64,000 bases of DNA from NCBI GenBank assembly GCA_048270185.1, contig JBLWTJ010000003.1, positions 96,001 through 160,000 of the forward strand. Reading direction: 5' to 3'. The translations under genes and the position numbers were made by a program. The notes under the pieces were generated by a model that made no database searches, was not told where the DNA came from, and saw nothing but the letters and a program-made list of their open reading frames with translations. Positions 28,775 through 38,175 of this stretch are shown here, piece after piece; position 1 is the first letter of the stretch, and each line of letters starts with the position of its first letter. The DNA comes from Bacteriovoracaceae bacterium (lineage in GTDB: Bacteria; Bdellovibrionota; Bacteriovoracia; Bacteriovoracales; Bacteriovoracaceae).

Positions 28775-29712
28775 GATTATTTTCTATTCTTTTTTTCATT
28801 GTCATAACGATTAGTTCCTCGGCAAATCAAGTAACAAATCTCGATTACCTATATCGTTTCCCTAGCAAAGGGGAGAGTGTTTTAAATTTTTCAATTTTCT
28901 CTTCAATTGATGAAATGGAATTTGATGACCGAACGGCCGGAATCGAAGAAATATTTGAAGTCGATCGTAATATTTTAAGCCTAGGCCTTGGTTACCGTTA
29001 TGCAATAAGTGATAAGATTTCAATTGATGCAAGTGTTGAAGGAGAAATTGTCGACTTTGAAACTCACCTTGAAGACGAAAACGATACAGAGACACCTTCA
29101 AAGAGTCCTCGTAAGATCTACAATCCTTCACTTTCATTTCGTTATCGTTTTGTTGATAAGAGTGAAGTCTTCTTCGATGTTGAATTTGCAGCAATTTTCT
29201 CAAATTATAATCGCAAATCTTATCCTATCAACCAAACCGTAAGCCCTTTTGATGGTAAGGATCATTATCGCTTAAGTGGAATTATTGGAATTGATTTTTA
29301 TTATTTTACTCTGATGAATTCGATCGGAGCGATTTACTATGATGGAAGTCTAGAAAATTATAGCTTTGGTAACTCGCAGCTAAATTCAGAAGATAGTCAT
29401 CAAATTCTTTTGTCTTCCATTGTTCAATTTGATTTAAGTCGAAATTTTAAAGCTAATTTTGGTTTCCTCTTTCTTTCGGCCGATGCTTTTAATTTACGAG
29501 GAAGTAATGATAATGTTCGTGTCGATCGTTCGAGTCAAAAGAATATTATTTTAAAGTTTGACTATCTTGCTTTTGAAAAATCCGTAGGAATTTTAAGTAT
29601 AGGTGCCAATCAAAGAATAGATAACTATAATTTATTACCGAATAGTGGTGACCTCTATGTCGCCGACAATACTTATCTGGATATTATTTTTAAAATAGAG
29701 AAGTGGTTTTAG
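28771..29712 (+). CDS. Probable outer-membrane beta-barrel protein
   Basis: Signal peptide, amphipathic strands, C-terminal Phe. Confidence 0.6.
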   Translation: MRLFSILFFIVITISSSANQVTNLDYLYRFPSKGESVLNFSIFSSIDEMEFDDRTAGIEEIFEVDRNILSLGLGYRYAISDKISIDASVEGEIVDFETHLEDENDTETPSKSPRKIYNPSLSFRYRFVDKSEVFFDVEFAAIFSNYNRKSYPINQTVSPFDGKDHYRLSGIIGIDFYYFTLMNSIGAIYYDGSLENYSFGNSQLNSEDSHQILLSSIVQFDLSRNFKANFGFLFLSADAFNLRGSNDNVRVDRSSQKNIILKFDYLAFEKSVGILSIGANQRIDNYNLLPNSGDLYVADNTYLDIIFKIEKWF

Positions 29713-29713
29713 C

Positions 29714-29959
29714 ATGAAGAGATTAGCTTTACTATTACTTCTATGCTCGTGTGCCAATACTGAGTATGTTATTCAGAGAAAGGCCGGGACTTGTGTGACA
29801 AGTAAAGAATACCCCGAAGTTTATGAAGTTGTTTATCAATGGGGATGGAAAATGAAATTAAAAGAAGCCGGAGTCAAGAATTCTCCAGTTTATCAATATA
29901 CTAATGACAAGAAGTGGATACAGGTCGAATGTCCTGTGATAGGAGTTAAAATTGAATAG
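29714..29959 (+). CDS. Small lipoprotein
   Basis: MKRLALLLLLCSC lipobox. Confidence 0.7.
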   Translation: MKRLALLLLLCSCANTEYVIQRKAGTCVTSKEYPEVYEVVYQWGWKMKLKEAGVKNSPVYQYTNDKKWIQVECPVIGVKIE

Positions 29960-31010
29960 GAAATCAATCGGTATTATTGGGACATTACTTCTAATTGCAA
30001 TCGTCTGTGTTATTGGTTTAGGCAGTGCTTTTATACCTTTGGTTTTAGCATTCTTCTTGGCCTATCTATTCTTTCCTCTTATCCAGAAACTCGAAAAGAA
30101 AGGTCTAAGTCGTAACAAGGCCGTACTTGGTGTCTTCTCACTTCTTACAATTATTCTTACTTTAAGTTTAACTTTCTTAATTCCTGAGATAATCCGAGAT
30201 GCGAAGGGGCTTTTAAAGGAGCTTCCTCAGTTTTCGACAAAGGCCATTATAAAAGTGGAAGAGATATCAAAGAAAGCTGGATTAGAAATTAATATAAGTA
30301 AGTCTGATATAAAGGATTATATTGAGAGTCATATCGCTCAGCTCTCAAAGGCAATTACAAATAAAATTACCCTTGCTTTAAAATCAGCATTTTCAGGTTT
30401 GACTCAGTGGATAGTGGCAATCTTAAATCTTTTTTTAATTCCACTCTTCTTTTTTCATGTCATTAGTGACTATGAAATTATAACTGGCAATATTAAGTCA
30501 CTTATTCCACGTCCTTATCAATCAAAAATAGAGCACTATATGAGCTTAACAAATACTGCTCTTAGCGGATACATAAGGGGACAATTTATTGTGGCCCTCA
30601 TTCTTGCTCTATTATATGCAACAGGGTTATCTCTAATTGGTCTTCGTTTTGGCTTTTCAATTGGAATTTTGTCCGGGCTAATCAGTATTATTCCTTATGC
30701 GGGATTTGCAATAGGCTTTAGTGTTGCCATTGTTGTTGCCCTCGCAAATATGGCCGGGATGGATACGATCTACGGTGTTGTCGCTGTCTATGTCATCGTT
30801 CAGGCCATTGAGGGGACTATTGTGACGCCTAAGTTTGTCGGGGACAAAGTAGGTCTAAGTGCTCTTGCGACTATTTTGGCCCTTATTATAGGGGGGAATA
30901 TCTTTGGTATGTTTGGAATGTTAGTTGCAATTCCTGTCGCAGCTGTATTGAAGGCTATTTTAAGAGACTTAAAGACACAGTATCAACAATTAGACCTTTA
31001 TAAAAACTAG
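29952..31010 (+). CDS. AI-2E (PerM) family transporter
   Basis: YIRGQ, IPYAG, QAIEG...PKFVG, GGNIFGMFGMLVAIP. Confidence 0.92.
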   Translation: MNRKSIGIIGTLLLIAIVCVIGLGSAFIPLVLAFFLAYLFFPLIQKLEKKGLSRNKAVLGVFSLLTIILTLSLTFLIPEIIRDAKGLLKELPQFSTKAIIKVEEISKKAGLEINISKSDIKDYIESHIAQLSKAITNKITLALKSAFSGLTQWIVAILNLFLIPLFFFHVISDYEIITGNIKSLIPRPYQSKIEHYMSLTNTALSGYIRGQFIVALILALLYATGLSLIGLRFGFSIGILSGLISIIPYAGFAIGFSVAIVVALANMAGMDTIYGVVAVYVIVQAIEGTIVTPKFVGDKVGLSALATILALIIGGNIFGMFGMLVAIPVAAVLKAILRDLKTQYQQLDLYKN

Positions 31011-31015
31011 GTATA

Positions 31016-31798
31016 ATGATGCGTTGGAGCTTATTCTTTTTAATACTACTTTTTTTTCAAAGCTGTAGTTATCGTGAAATGATATTAAAGAAAGCGCCGG
31101 ACTTTCTAAGTGATCAAGTTAATGATCATCTAAAACTCAATGATGTCCAAGAAGCTAAGCTAAGACTTAAGGTGACAAATGCATTCTTCTCTCACCGGGA
31201 TGAAGTCGTTGTCATCCGTGATTTGTTAAAGAGTTATCGTATCAAAGAAGACTCACTTGCGGCCTATATCAAGAAGGGGTATACCTCTTACGCAACAATT
31301 CAAATAACTGTTAACAATATTTCAATTAGTGTTCTGTCTGAATTAGACTATTCTCAGAGGCAAGATATTCTTAAGCGCTACCGCGAAGAGACCCCTGTCT
31401 CTGGTGATAAGAAGATTTCATACGAAGAAAGGGGAGTTTCAAGACTAGAGAATTTCTTTGGTAAACTCTCTCTCAAGCAGATTGAATTAATTAAAGACTA
31501 TGCAAAGATCTATGCTAAAAGCGTTCAAGCGGATAATAGATGGTCTAAGAATTATGAAAGAACCTTGAGTTTAAAAGATCAAAAGAAATATAAAGCACAA
31601 CTGAAGAAATACTTTTCGGGTGTGATTTCTTTAAAGACGATACTTGAATCAAATAAAGAATTCTTTACATTCTTTGATCAGTTTAAAGCAACTCTTAACG
31701 CTGATCAGGTAAAGAGATTTGATGATAAAAGAAAAGAAATTCTTAATTGGATTGATCTCTATTTAAAGATCTATCAATTACCTATAATTGATACTTAA
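31016..31798 (+). CDS. Helical lipoprotein (DUF6279-like)
   Basis: Lipobox FQSC, repeated L..xQ helical motifs, RLENFFGKLS. Confidence 0.6.
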   Translation: MMRWSLFFLILLFFQSCSYREMILKKAPDFLSDQVNDHLKLNDVQEAKLRLKVTNAFFSHRDEVVVIRDLLKSYRIKEDSLAAYIKKGYTSYATIQITVNNISISVLSELDYSQRQDILKRYREETPVSGDKKISYEERGVSRLENFFGKLSLKQIELIKDYAKIYAKSVQADNRWSKNYERTLSLKDQKKYKAQLKKYFSGVISLKTILESNKEFFTFFDQFKATLNADQVKRFDDKRKEILNWIDLYLKIYQLPIIDT

Positions 31799-31819
31799 GT
31801 CTTAGTAGAATTGATTGAT

Positions 31820-32097
31820 TACTTAATTCTTTCATGAAGTAGTAGTCAACTATGATGGAAGTTCAAATGATTCCACCACTATAATCGCCAATTTTGATAT
31901 AAAAGAAATCAAGCTCTTGGCTCATTTATTTTACTAAGTCCTACTTTAATTGGCATAACAAAGAGTCCAGCGCCTGCTTGAGTACCGAGCTCAATAATAC
32001 TATTGTGAAGGGAGAGGCCAGTTAATAGGGAGAGTTGATGACTTGACCAATCGGCCTTAGCTGATAGATTTAGCAAAATTAGGATAATGAAGAAAGA
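31820..32097 (-). pseudogene. Possible decayed gene for an exported protein
   Basis: Minus strand reads SFFIILILLNLSAKADWSSHQLSLLTG... (signal-peptide-like, no start codon). It continues in another frame as ELDFFYIKIGDYSGGII*TSIIVDYYF. Confidence 0.3.
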
Positions 32098-32107
32098 TCA
32101 ACTTATG

Positions 32108-32126
32108 AGGGGGACAATGCCCCCTT
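32108..32126 (-). terminator. Hairpin downstream of 32135..33655
   Basis: AGGGGG-ACAATG-CCCCCT stem-loop. Confidence 0.55.
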
Positions 32127-32134
32127 AAGTTTTA

Positions 32135-33655
32135 TTAATCAATTTTATAAAGTAATTTATCAATCTGTGCCTGGTCTTGTTCTGGCGTTGGTGCTTTGGC
32201 AAGGATCGCTTTTGCTGCTTCAATCTGTTCGGCCGTCGCATCTTTGTTTGCTAGTGTTTCTCGTGCTTTTGCTTCTTTTGCCAGACGCTCAACTCGTGCC
32301 TCTTTGAAATCAATAATCTTCTTTCCTTCAGAGAGAACCTCATCGTATGATATTCCACCTGTTGGCCTTGCTGAAGGAGTCTGTGGTAAAAAGACAAAAT
32401 CAGTTCTCTTAAGCTTTAATCTCTTTGATTGAGTTACCATGGCCTTAGCAAATGATTCAAATGCCTTTCTTGGTACATAGTGCTCAGTATCTTTCTTTAA
32501 GATATAACGAAGCTGTGAAAGCGTTGAAGCATCAGTACCATTCTTAGGTGCTTTTGAGCTTACTGGAATATAAGTTTGGTAATCAAAAATATTGCTAATC
32601 GCAAATTCATGAGCTCCTTTAATTCCAATTGCTTTCATTGTATCATTTGAAGTTGTTGTACAATTGTAGAATGGAGTGATCTCCAATCCTTTCTCTGTTC
32701 TCACCTTATGTAATTGTTCTTCAAAGATATCACGAACTTTTAGCATATCTTCTTTTGAACGACTGTAGCCAATAAGGGTGTATGTAGGACGATAGTTAAC
32801 TTGACCTTGAATAAGATGGCCAAAGTAGCTTACGAGGTCAGTGTTACTTGCTAGAACTTCTTTCTCACCTTTGAAATAAAAATTAAATGTCTCACCTTTA
32901 ACTGTTAGATCATCTTGTAGCTCACCCATACCAATGGCAAAGTGTCCTGCTGCTGATCCTGGCTCTTCTCCTTGGCGTCCACTTAGAGTGACGATAAAGA
33001 CATGGTCTCCTGGAGTTGCTTGGTAATTATCTCTGTAGCGAATTGTTCCACGAAATGGTTTATCACTTTGTGAATTCTTATTCTTTGGCATTTCATTTAA
33101 GATATATTTAAGTCCATTCTTTTTAAACTTCTTAGAAGCCTCATAGTTATTCTCACCGGCCGTAAAAAGATTGGCGGGGATAATGGCATTGATGATAAAA
33201 GTATCATCTTCCATATGTCCTTGAGTATGAACTTTCTTGCCAACAAAGTAGTTACGACTTTTTTCATCAAATTCATAACCATAGATTTTCTTTGTACGGC
33301 CAAATTTTGCTTTTTGTCCATCAATGTAGAAGCCGTCCTCACTCTTGGTAAGTGTTCCGATACGATCTTCAATGTCAGCAACTACTCGTGGCATCTTATC
33401 GATATTTAATTTATCGCCCTCAAGATCACCATCAAATTCAAAAACATAATTAGGTGAGTTTGTTAGAACATGGTCGAGGTGTTTATTATACTTGCTTGGG
33501 TAGTTGATTAAGACATTCTTAATTTCACTTCCAACATGAATATTGGCCCGTACTTCATTTTCTTTCTTTAGTAATTTACCTCTAAAAGATTCTGCACTGG
33601 TATATGAGCTTAGTAGCATCAAGGCAACCATTCCAATATAGCTAGTATTTTTCAT
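32135..33655 (-). CDS. Secreted hypothetical protein, possible permuted papain-like hydrolase
   Basis: Signal peptide; GHFAIG ... FYNCTT His/Cys motif pair. Confidence 0.6.
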   Translation of the reverse strand: MKNTSYIGMVALMLLSSYTSAESFRGKLLKKENEVRANIHVGSEIKNVLINYPSKYNKHLDHVLTNSPNYVFEFDGDLEGDKLNIDKMPRVVADIEDRIGTLTKSEDGFYIDGQKAKFGRTKKIYGYEFDEKSRNYFVGKKVHTQGHMEDDTFIINAIIPANLFTAGENNYEASKKFKKNGLKYILNEMPKNKNSQSDKPFRGTIRYRDNYQATPGDHVFIVTLSGRQGEEPGSAAGHFAIGMGELQDDLTVKGETFNFYFKGEKEVLASNTDLVSYFGHLIQGQVNYRPTYTLIGYSRSKEDMLKVRDIFEEQLHKVRTEKGLEITPFYNCTTTSNDTMKAIGIKGAHEFAISNIFDYQTYIPVSSKAPKNGTDASTLSQLRYILKKDTEHYVPRKAFESFAKAMVTQSKRLKLKRTDFVFLPQTPSARPTGGISYDEVLSEGKKIIDFKEARVERLAKEAKARETLANKDATAEQIEAAKAILAKAPTPEQDQAQIDKLLYKID

Positions 33656-33687
33656 AACTCTCTCCTAAATTGATTTAGGAATATATT

Positions 33688-33703
33688 TGCAATGAATATG
33701 CCA
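33688..33703 (-). promoter_or_regulatory. Sigma-54 (-24/-12) promoter
   Basis: Minus strand TGGCATATTCATTGCA (GG-N10-GC), about 33 nt upstream of ATG 33655. Confidence 0.7.
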
Positions 33704-33754
33704 GAATGTTTATTGATTTTTAATGACTTAGGACGAAATAAATGTTGATAAGAA

Positions 33755-33783
33755 GCCTATTGTCTAAGGAATAGACAATAGGC
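33755..33783. terminator. Inverted repeat (terminator or activator site)
   Basis: GCCTATTGTCT-AAGGAAT-AGACAATAGGC. Confidence 0.55.
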
Positions 33784-33797
33784 GTTCATTAATTGGA

Positions 33798-34388
33798 TTA
33801 GAATTGAGCATCAATATAATGACGAATTTCTGACATCGTCATCATATCTTCAGCGTCCATACAGAACTCACCACGAGCATCAGCGACACTGATCTCTTCA
33901 GCAACTTCTGATACTGATAGCTTCTTACTTACTGGACGTCTATCGTTAAGGTCTCCAACGAATTCAGCAAGAGTTGTTCCTGTTACAGACTGAGCAACAC
34001 GAGCTTCTTGGATAAGCTTAATTTGTGACTTATAGTTCTTTCTACTGCCATCAATGATACCAGTTGCTGCTAGTGTACTTGATGAACCATGGTATACAGC
34101 TTCAGTTGATGAAGTAATACCATCTTGCATTATGTCTAGTGCGATAAGATCAATAATAATATTGTCTGAATCTGCTAAAAGAGCAGCACCAGCAGCATAA
34201 GTGGCCGAAGCTAGTTCAAGTCCAACATAACCAACTGTTACTCCTGTTGTACTAAGTACAGCTGCCGTTTTAACTGCATTGTCACTTGGTGCAAGGTTCT
34301 TCTCTTTGTACATTTCAAGACATGATGCTTGAGTTGATAGTCCTGCCATTAAGCATAGTAGCCCTAGGGCAATAAATGATTTTTTCAT
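33798..34388 (-). CDS. Secreted hypothetical protein
   Basis: Signal peptide, AAGGAG RBS, Ala/Thr-rich hydrophobic core. Confidence 0.75.
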   Translation of the reverse strand: MKKSFIALGLLCLMAGLSTQASCLEMYKEKNLAPSDNAVKTAAVLSTTGVTVGYVGLELASATYAAGAALLADSDNIIIDLIALDIMQDGITSSTEAVYHGSSSTLAATGIIDGSRKNYKSQIKLIQEARVAQSVTGTTLAEFVGDLNDRRPVSKKLSVSEVAEEISVADARGEFCMDAEDMMTMSEIRHYIDAQF

Positions 34389-34401
34389 ATTCTTCTCCTT
34401 A

Positions 34402-35922
34402 TTATTTTAGTGTTTCTGTCCATCTTTCATGTAGAAACTGTAATTTACTCTGGTGGTTTAAAATATCTTCATTAACTAAGAGTCCTTTATATGGCCTTTT
34501 AGCTACTTGTATTCTTCTCTTTGTACGGTGATCTTGTTTCCATCTTGTGACGGCCTTTTTGGATTTCTTAATATTCTTTTTTTGAATTTCGCTAAACTTA
34601 GTTTCTCCATAAAAGTCTTTTAAGTCTTTTTTCACATCAGCAATACACTGGTCGTCCTTACAAATACGGTAGAGGTTTACTGGAACCTTTGTTAAACCAT
34701 GAAGCTCATCAAATTCCATCTTCTCAATACCTTTCATGACTGATTCATAGTACTTGAATGAGTCGAGGTCAAAGGCCACGATTTCAATAAGCTTTCGCAT
34801 CTCTTTCTTATTTAGCTTTTTCTCAAGCTTCTTTACTTGCTCAACTGAAAGATCGTATTGCAGATAGCTTTCGTCTTTGATTCCTGTGATTTTTACAACT
34901 TTCTTCTTAAGTTCACGTAATGAGTGAATCTTAATAATAGGGTATGGGTTTATCATTGCTCTTTGCAGATAATCTGGAAGAGTGAGAGGTATACGCCCTT
35001 TTAAACCAAGCTTCTTGTGATATGGAAGTCCTACTTGTTTGAAAAAGTTAACTAAGGCACCAGCACAGTTATTTGAGAAAAAGGTATAGTCTCCAAGTTC
35101 ACTACTTTCTGGAAGTGAATACATAATAGGGAATATTTGTTCGACACTTAACTTCTTGTTTTCTTCGGTCTGTGTCGGAACTTCTGTTCGAGGAATCGCC
35201 GATAGAGCGTAGAGAGCACCTGTTAATGATTTTAGTGGTAGAACTCCATATTTACCTTCTCCAAACTTTTCATCTGAATATTTCTTTAAATTATCGACAG
35301 TTGTTTGAAGTACTTCTTTTCTTGTCTCAAGTTGATGATTAACAACTAGTTGCCACTGCTCTTTCAATTGAGCGATGATTCTTTCTCTAATTTCTTTATC
35401 TGAAATAATAATATAGCGGTCAAGATCACGTCTTTGATTATTGGTGTAATCATCCATGAACATTCTTAAACTCTTTACTTGAGGAAAGACTGGGTAGCCC
35501 CCAAAGATTCCTTTAAAGTAATTAAGTTTTAATGAGTCCATATTGGCAACAAAGCTCAGAACTACGTCATCACCTTCTTCGCCAATATTATCGACAAAGC
35601 GAAGCATGGTATGGCCAAAGCCACTTTCAATATTTGACCAAGAGCTTGAGGCAATTACCAGCTCTAATCCAATTATTTGGCCCTTCTCGTGGCGATCAAA
35701 GAGGCGTTTAAAGAAGCGTGCATTTTGATTGATTAAGTCTTGGTAGCTGGCCGACCAATTGATTAGGTCTGTGCGTTTTTTGATTTTCTTTTCTTTGCGT
35801 TTCTCTTCACGTCTTTCGCGCTGTCTCTCTTCAAATTGAGAGTTGCCGTCACGACGAGCGTGAGCTTGACTCGAATTTAATAATGTCACTAATACTGCTA
35901 AGAGTATCGAGATTCGCTTCAT
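34402..35922 (-). CDS. DUF4105 (Lnb N-terminal-like) domain protein
   Basis: Signal peptide, FGHTMLR, YTFFSNNCA. Confidence 0.75.
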   Translation of the reverse strand: MKRISILLAVLVTLLNSSQAHARRDGNSQFEERQRERREEKRKEKKIKKRTDLINWSASYQDLINQNARFFKRLFDRHEKGQIIGLELVIASSSWSNIESGFGHTMLRFVDNIGEEGDDVVLSFVANMDSLKLNYFKGIFGGYPVFPQVKSLRMFMDDYTNNQRRDLDRYIIISDKEIRERIIAQLKEQWQLVVNHQLETRKEVLQTTVDNLKKYSDEKFGEGKYGVLPLKSLTGALYALSAIPRTEVPTQTEENKKLSVEQIFPIMYSLPESSELGDYTFFSNNCAGALVNFFKQVGLPYHKKLGLKGRIPLTLPDYLQRAMINPYPIIKIHSLRELKKKVVKITGIKDESYLQYDLSVEQVKKLEKKLNKKEMRKLIEIVAFDLDSFKYYESVMKGIEKMEFDELHGLTKVPVNLYRICKDDQCIADVKKDLKDFYGETKFSEIQKKNIKKSKKAVTRWKQDHRTKRRIQVAKRPYKGLLVNEDILNHQSKLQFLHERWTETLK

Positions 35923-36020
35923 ATTTTTCTCCATATAAACATAGTTAATATAGAGTAAATAAGAGCTTTCTAGTTATGATTTGAAAATAATCAAGGGGGC
36001 GTCAATAATTTAAACACCCT

Positions 36021-36479
36021 TTAAAGACTTGAGTTTACGATATCAAGATCAATACCTTGGTCTTTAAAGTGTGTCTTAAGGTAGAGATTCTTTGCTTGAG
36101 GAGTGCCTTTTTCAATTAGCCCAAAAGTAACTCCTTTGATTTCAACAAAAGCATAGCTATCAAAGTTCATGGCATTTAGGATAATGGCCTGATTTGATTT
36201 TGATCCGCCAAAGGCCGATCCCATGAGACTTGCTGCGATTCCAGATCCACTTGGTTTTTCTTGATTGGCATCGAGTATTGCTTGGGCCTGTTCAATATCA
36301 TCATAGCCAACATCGTAACTCTTGATTTCGTTATTCTTAATTGTGAAGCCATAAGGGCAATGAAGACAACTTGTTTTACAACAAGAGCCGCGATTACGAA
36401 GAAATTGAGAGGTTTTCACCTCTCGTCCTTCTTCATTAGTATAAGTTAATTGTGCTTTATCTTTTGTGTTTTCTGACAT
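36021..36479 (-). CDS. DUF5522-like Cys-cluster protein
   Basis: FLRNRGSCCKTSCLHCPYG. Starts 2 nt after the yebC stop. Confidence 0.7.
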   Translation of the reverse strand: MSENTKDKAQLTYTNEEGREVKTSQFLRNRGSCCKTSCLHCPYGFTIKNNEIKSYDVGYDDIEQAQAILDANQEKPSGSGIAASLMGSAFGGSKSNQAIILNAMNFDSYAFVEIKGVTFGLIEKGTPQAKNLYLKTHFKDQGIDLDIVNSSL

Positions 36480-36481
36480 GA

Positions 36482-37213
36482 TTATAGATTCTCAAATCTC
36501 TCATCATACTGAATATTGTGATAGACCTTAAGAACGTCTTCGTCACTTTCAAGGCCATCAACCATTTTCATGACTGTTAGGTATGTCTCGTCATCAACTT
36601 CTTTAAAAGTAAGAGGGACTTGTTCAAGCGTCGCTTCTTCTGGAGTAATTCCCATTTCTTCTAATTTCTTTGAGATCGAACCAAAGACTTCCATTGGCCC
36701 TGTAATGCTAAAGTATCCATCTTCTACTTCAATATCTTCCGCTCCCGCATCAATCATTTCTAGTGTGAAATCGTCTTCGTCAAGTTCTCCAACTGGAACT
36801 TCAAAAAGGGCCTTGCGATTAAATACAAATTGAAGTGAACCAGTCGTTCCTAGTGATCCACCTGCTTTCTTGAAGTGAACACGAACATTAGCGACTGTTC
36901 TTGTGACATTATTTGTAGAAGCTTCTACGAAGATGGCAACACCGTTTGGCCCATAACCTTCATAGTTGATTTCTTCATAACCATCATCATCAGTACCAAG
37001 ACCTTTCTTAATAGCGCGGTCAATATTATCTTTTGGAACATTACTGGCCTTACACTTATCGAGTGCAATTTTTAAGAGAAAGTTTGAACCTGGATCATCA
37101 CCACCTGATTTAACAGCTTTTGTCACTTCAAATAGAAGCTTTGTGTACATCTGGCTCTTTGCCTTATCTAAGGCACCTTTTTTCTTAACAATATTGGCCC
37201 ATTTTCTTCCCAT
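36482..37213 (-). CDS. yebC: YebC/PmpR family protein
   Basis: KWANI, PKDNIDRAI, YEGYGPNGVA, TNNVTRT, DAGAED, VYHN. Confidence 0.96.
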   Translation of the reverse strand: MGRKWANIVKKKGALDKAKSQMYTKLLFEVTKAVKSGGDDPGSNFLLKIALDKCKASNVPKDNIDRAIKKGLGTDDDGYEEINYEGYGPNGVAIFVEASTNNVTRTVANVRVHFKKAGGSLGTTGSLQFVFNRKALFEVPVGELDEDDFTLEMIDAGAEDIEVEDGYFSITGPMEVFGSISKKLEEMGITPEEATLEQVPLTFKEVDDETYLTVMKMVDGLESDEDVLKVYHNIQYDERFENL

Positions 37214-37292
37214 AGAATCCTCTGTTTAAATAAATTTTCAATTTTGAGATAATAATCCCATAGGGGGAAGATGTCGAGAATTCAGAAGAATT

Positions 37293-37808
37293 CTAGGGAT
37301 TAGAGGCGAGGTATTGCTCTGCGCGCCAGATTCCAATAAAACTGAGTCCTGAGCTCATGGAAGTGACGTTTTCACCGTCTAAAAGGATCGTTGTAGGAGT
37401 GGATTTCACTTCTAGTTGCCTCGCAGCATAGGGTGATGAAATAAAGTTGAATTGATAAGGGCTCTGTCCAATAAATTTTCTTATGGTGGATTTATTCTCA
37501 AAGGCATTTATAGCATAAATTTGTTCAGGCCTAAGTTTTCCCTCAAGAACTGATTGGTGAAGTCTCTTCATTTCTATCTTGCAAGGGCCACACCAAGTCG
37601 CCCAGAAAATTGCTAAGGTTTTCCTATTTTTAGTTAATTCAGGGAAGTGGATTTTTGATTGTGTACGAATCTCAATATATTCTTTTGGCGCAAGCTTTGT
37701 TCCTTCTTTTTTAAAATTATTCACAACAGCAGGTGCTTGCTTATAAAGAATAAAGCTAATAAGTAATAGGGAAATGGTATTCGTTGCAATATTCCACTTC
37801 TTTTTCAT
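37293..37808 (-). CDS. TlpA-like thioredoxin
   Basis: FWATWCGPC with an N-terminal TM anchor. Confidence 0.88.
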   Translation of the reverse strand: MKKKWNIATNTISLLLISFILYKQAPAVVNNFKKEGTKLAPKEYIEIRTQSKIHFPELTKNRKTLAIFWATWCGPCKIEMKRLHQSVLEGKLRPEQIYAINAFENKSTIRKFIGQSPYQFNFISSPYAARQLEVKSTPTTILLDGENVTSMSSGLSFIGIWRAEQYLASNP

Positions 37809-37945
37809 GGCACATATTTTAGCATGTAATGAAATCTCAAGCCTTAAATAAATCCTAATTTTTTTAGAGGGTGTAAGTGCGCTAAAGTACTGTATTGATC
37901 GACTAAGAAATAGACGCGCTCCTTGATATGTAGTAATTTATAGAC

Positions 37946-38167
37946 ATGGAAAATAACGAATATGAAAAGAGATTGATCGCTTTAGAAGAGAAATTCTCGC
38001 ACCAAGATCATTTACTAACCGAACTAAATGCAATCGTGACAAAGCAAGAATTTATCATTGATGAATTAGTGAAGCATGTGAATCACTTAATCGCTAGCTC
38101 AACACAAGAGGCAACAGAGCAGATGACCCTTGAGAACCTTAAGGATTATAAGCCACCTCATTACTAG
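37946..38167 (+). CDS. slyX: SlyX family protein
   Basis: RLIALEEKFSHQD...LN...Q and C-terminal PPHY. Confidence 0.9.
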   Translation: MENNEYEKRLIALEEKFSHQDHLLTELNAIVTKQEFIIDELVKHVNHLIASSTQEATEQMTLENLKDYKPPHY

Positions 38168-38175
38168 GAATCTCC

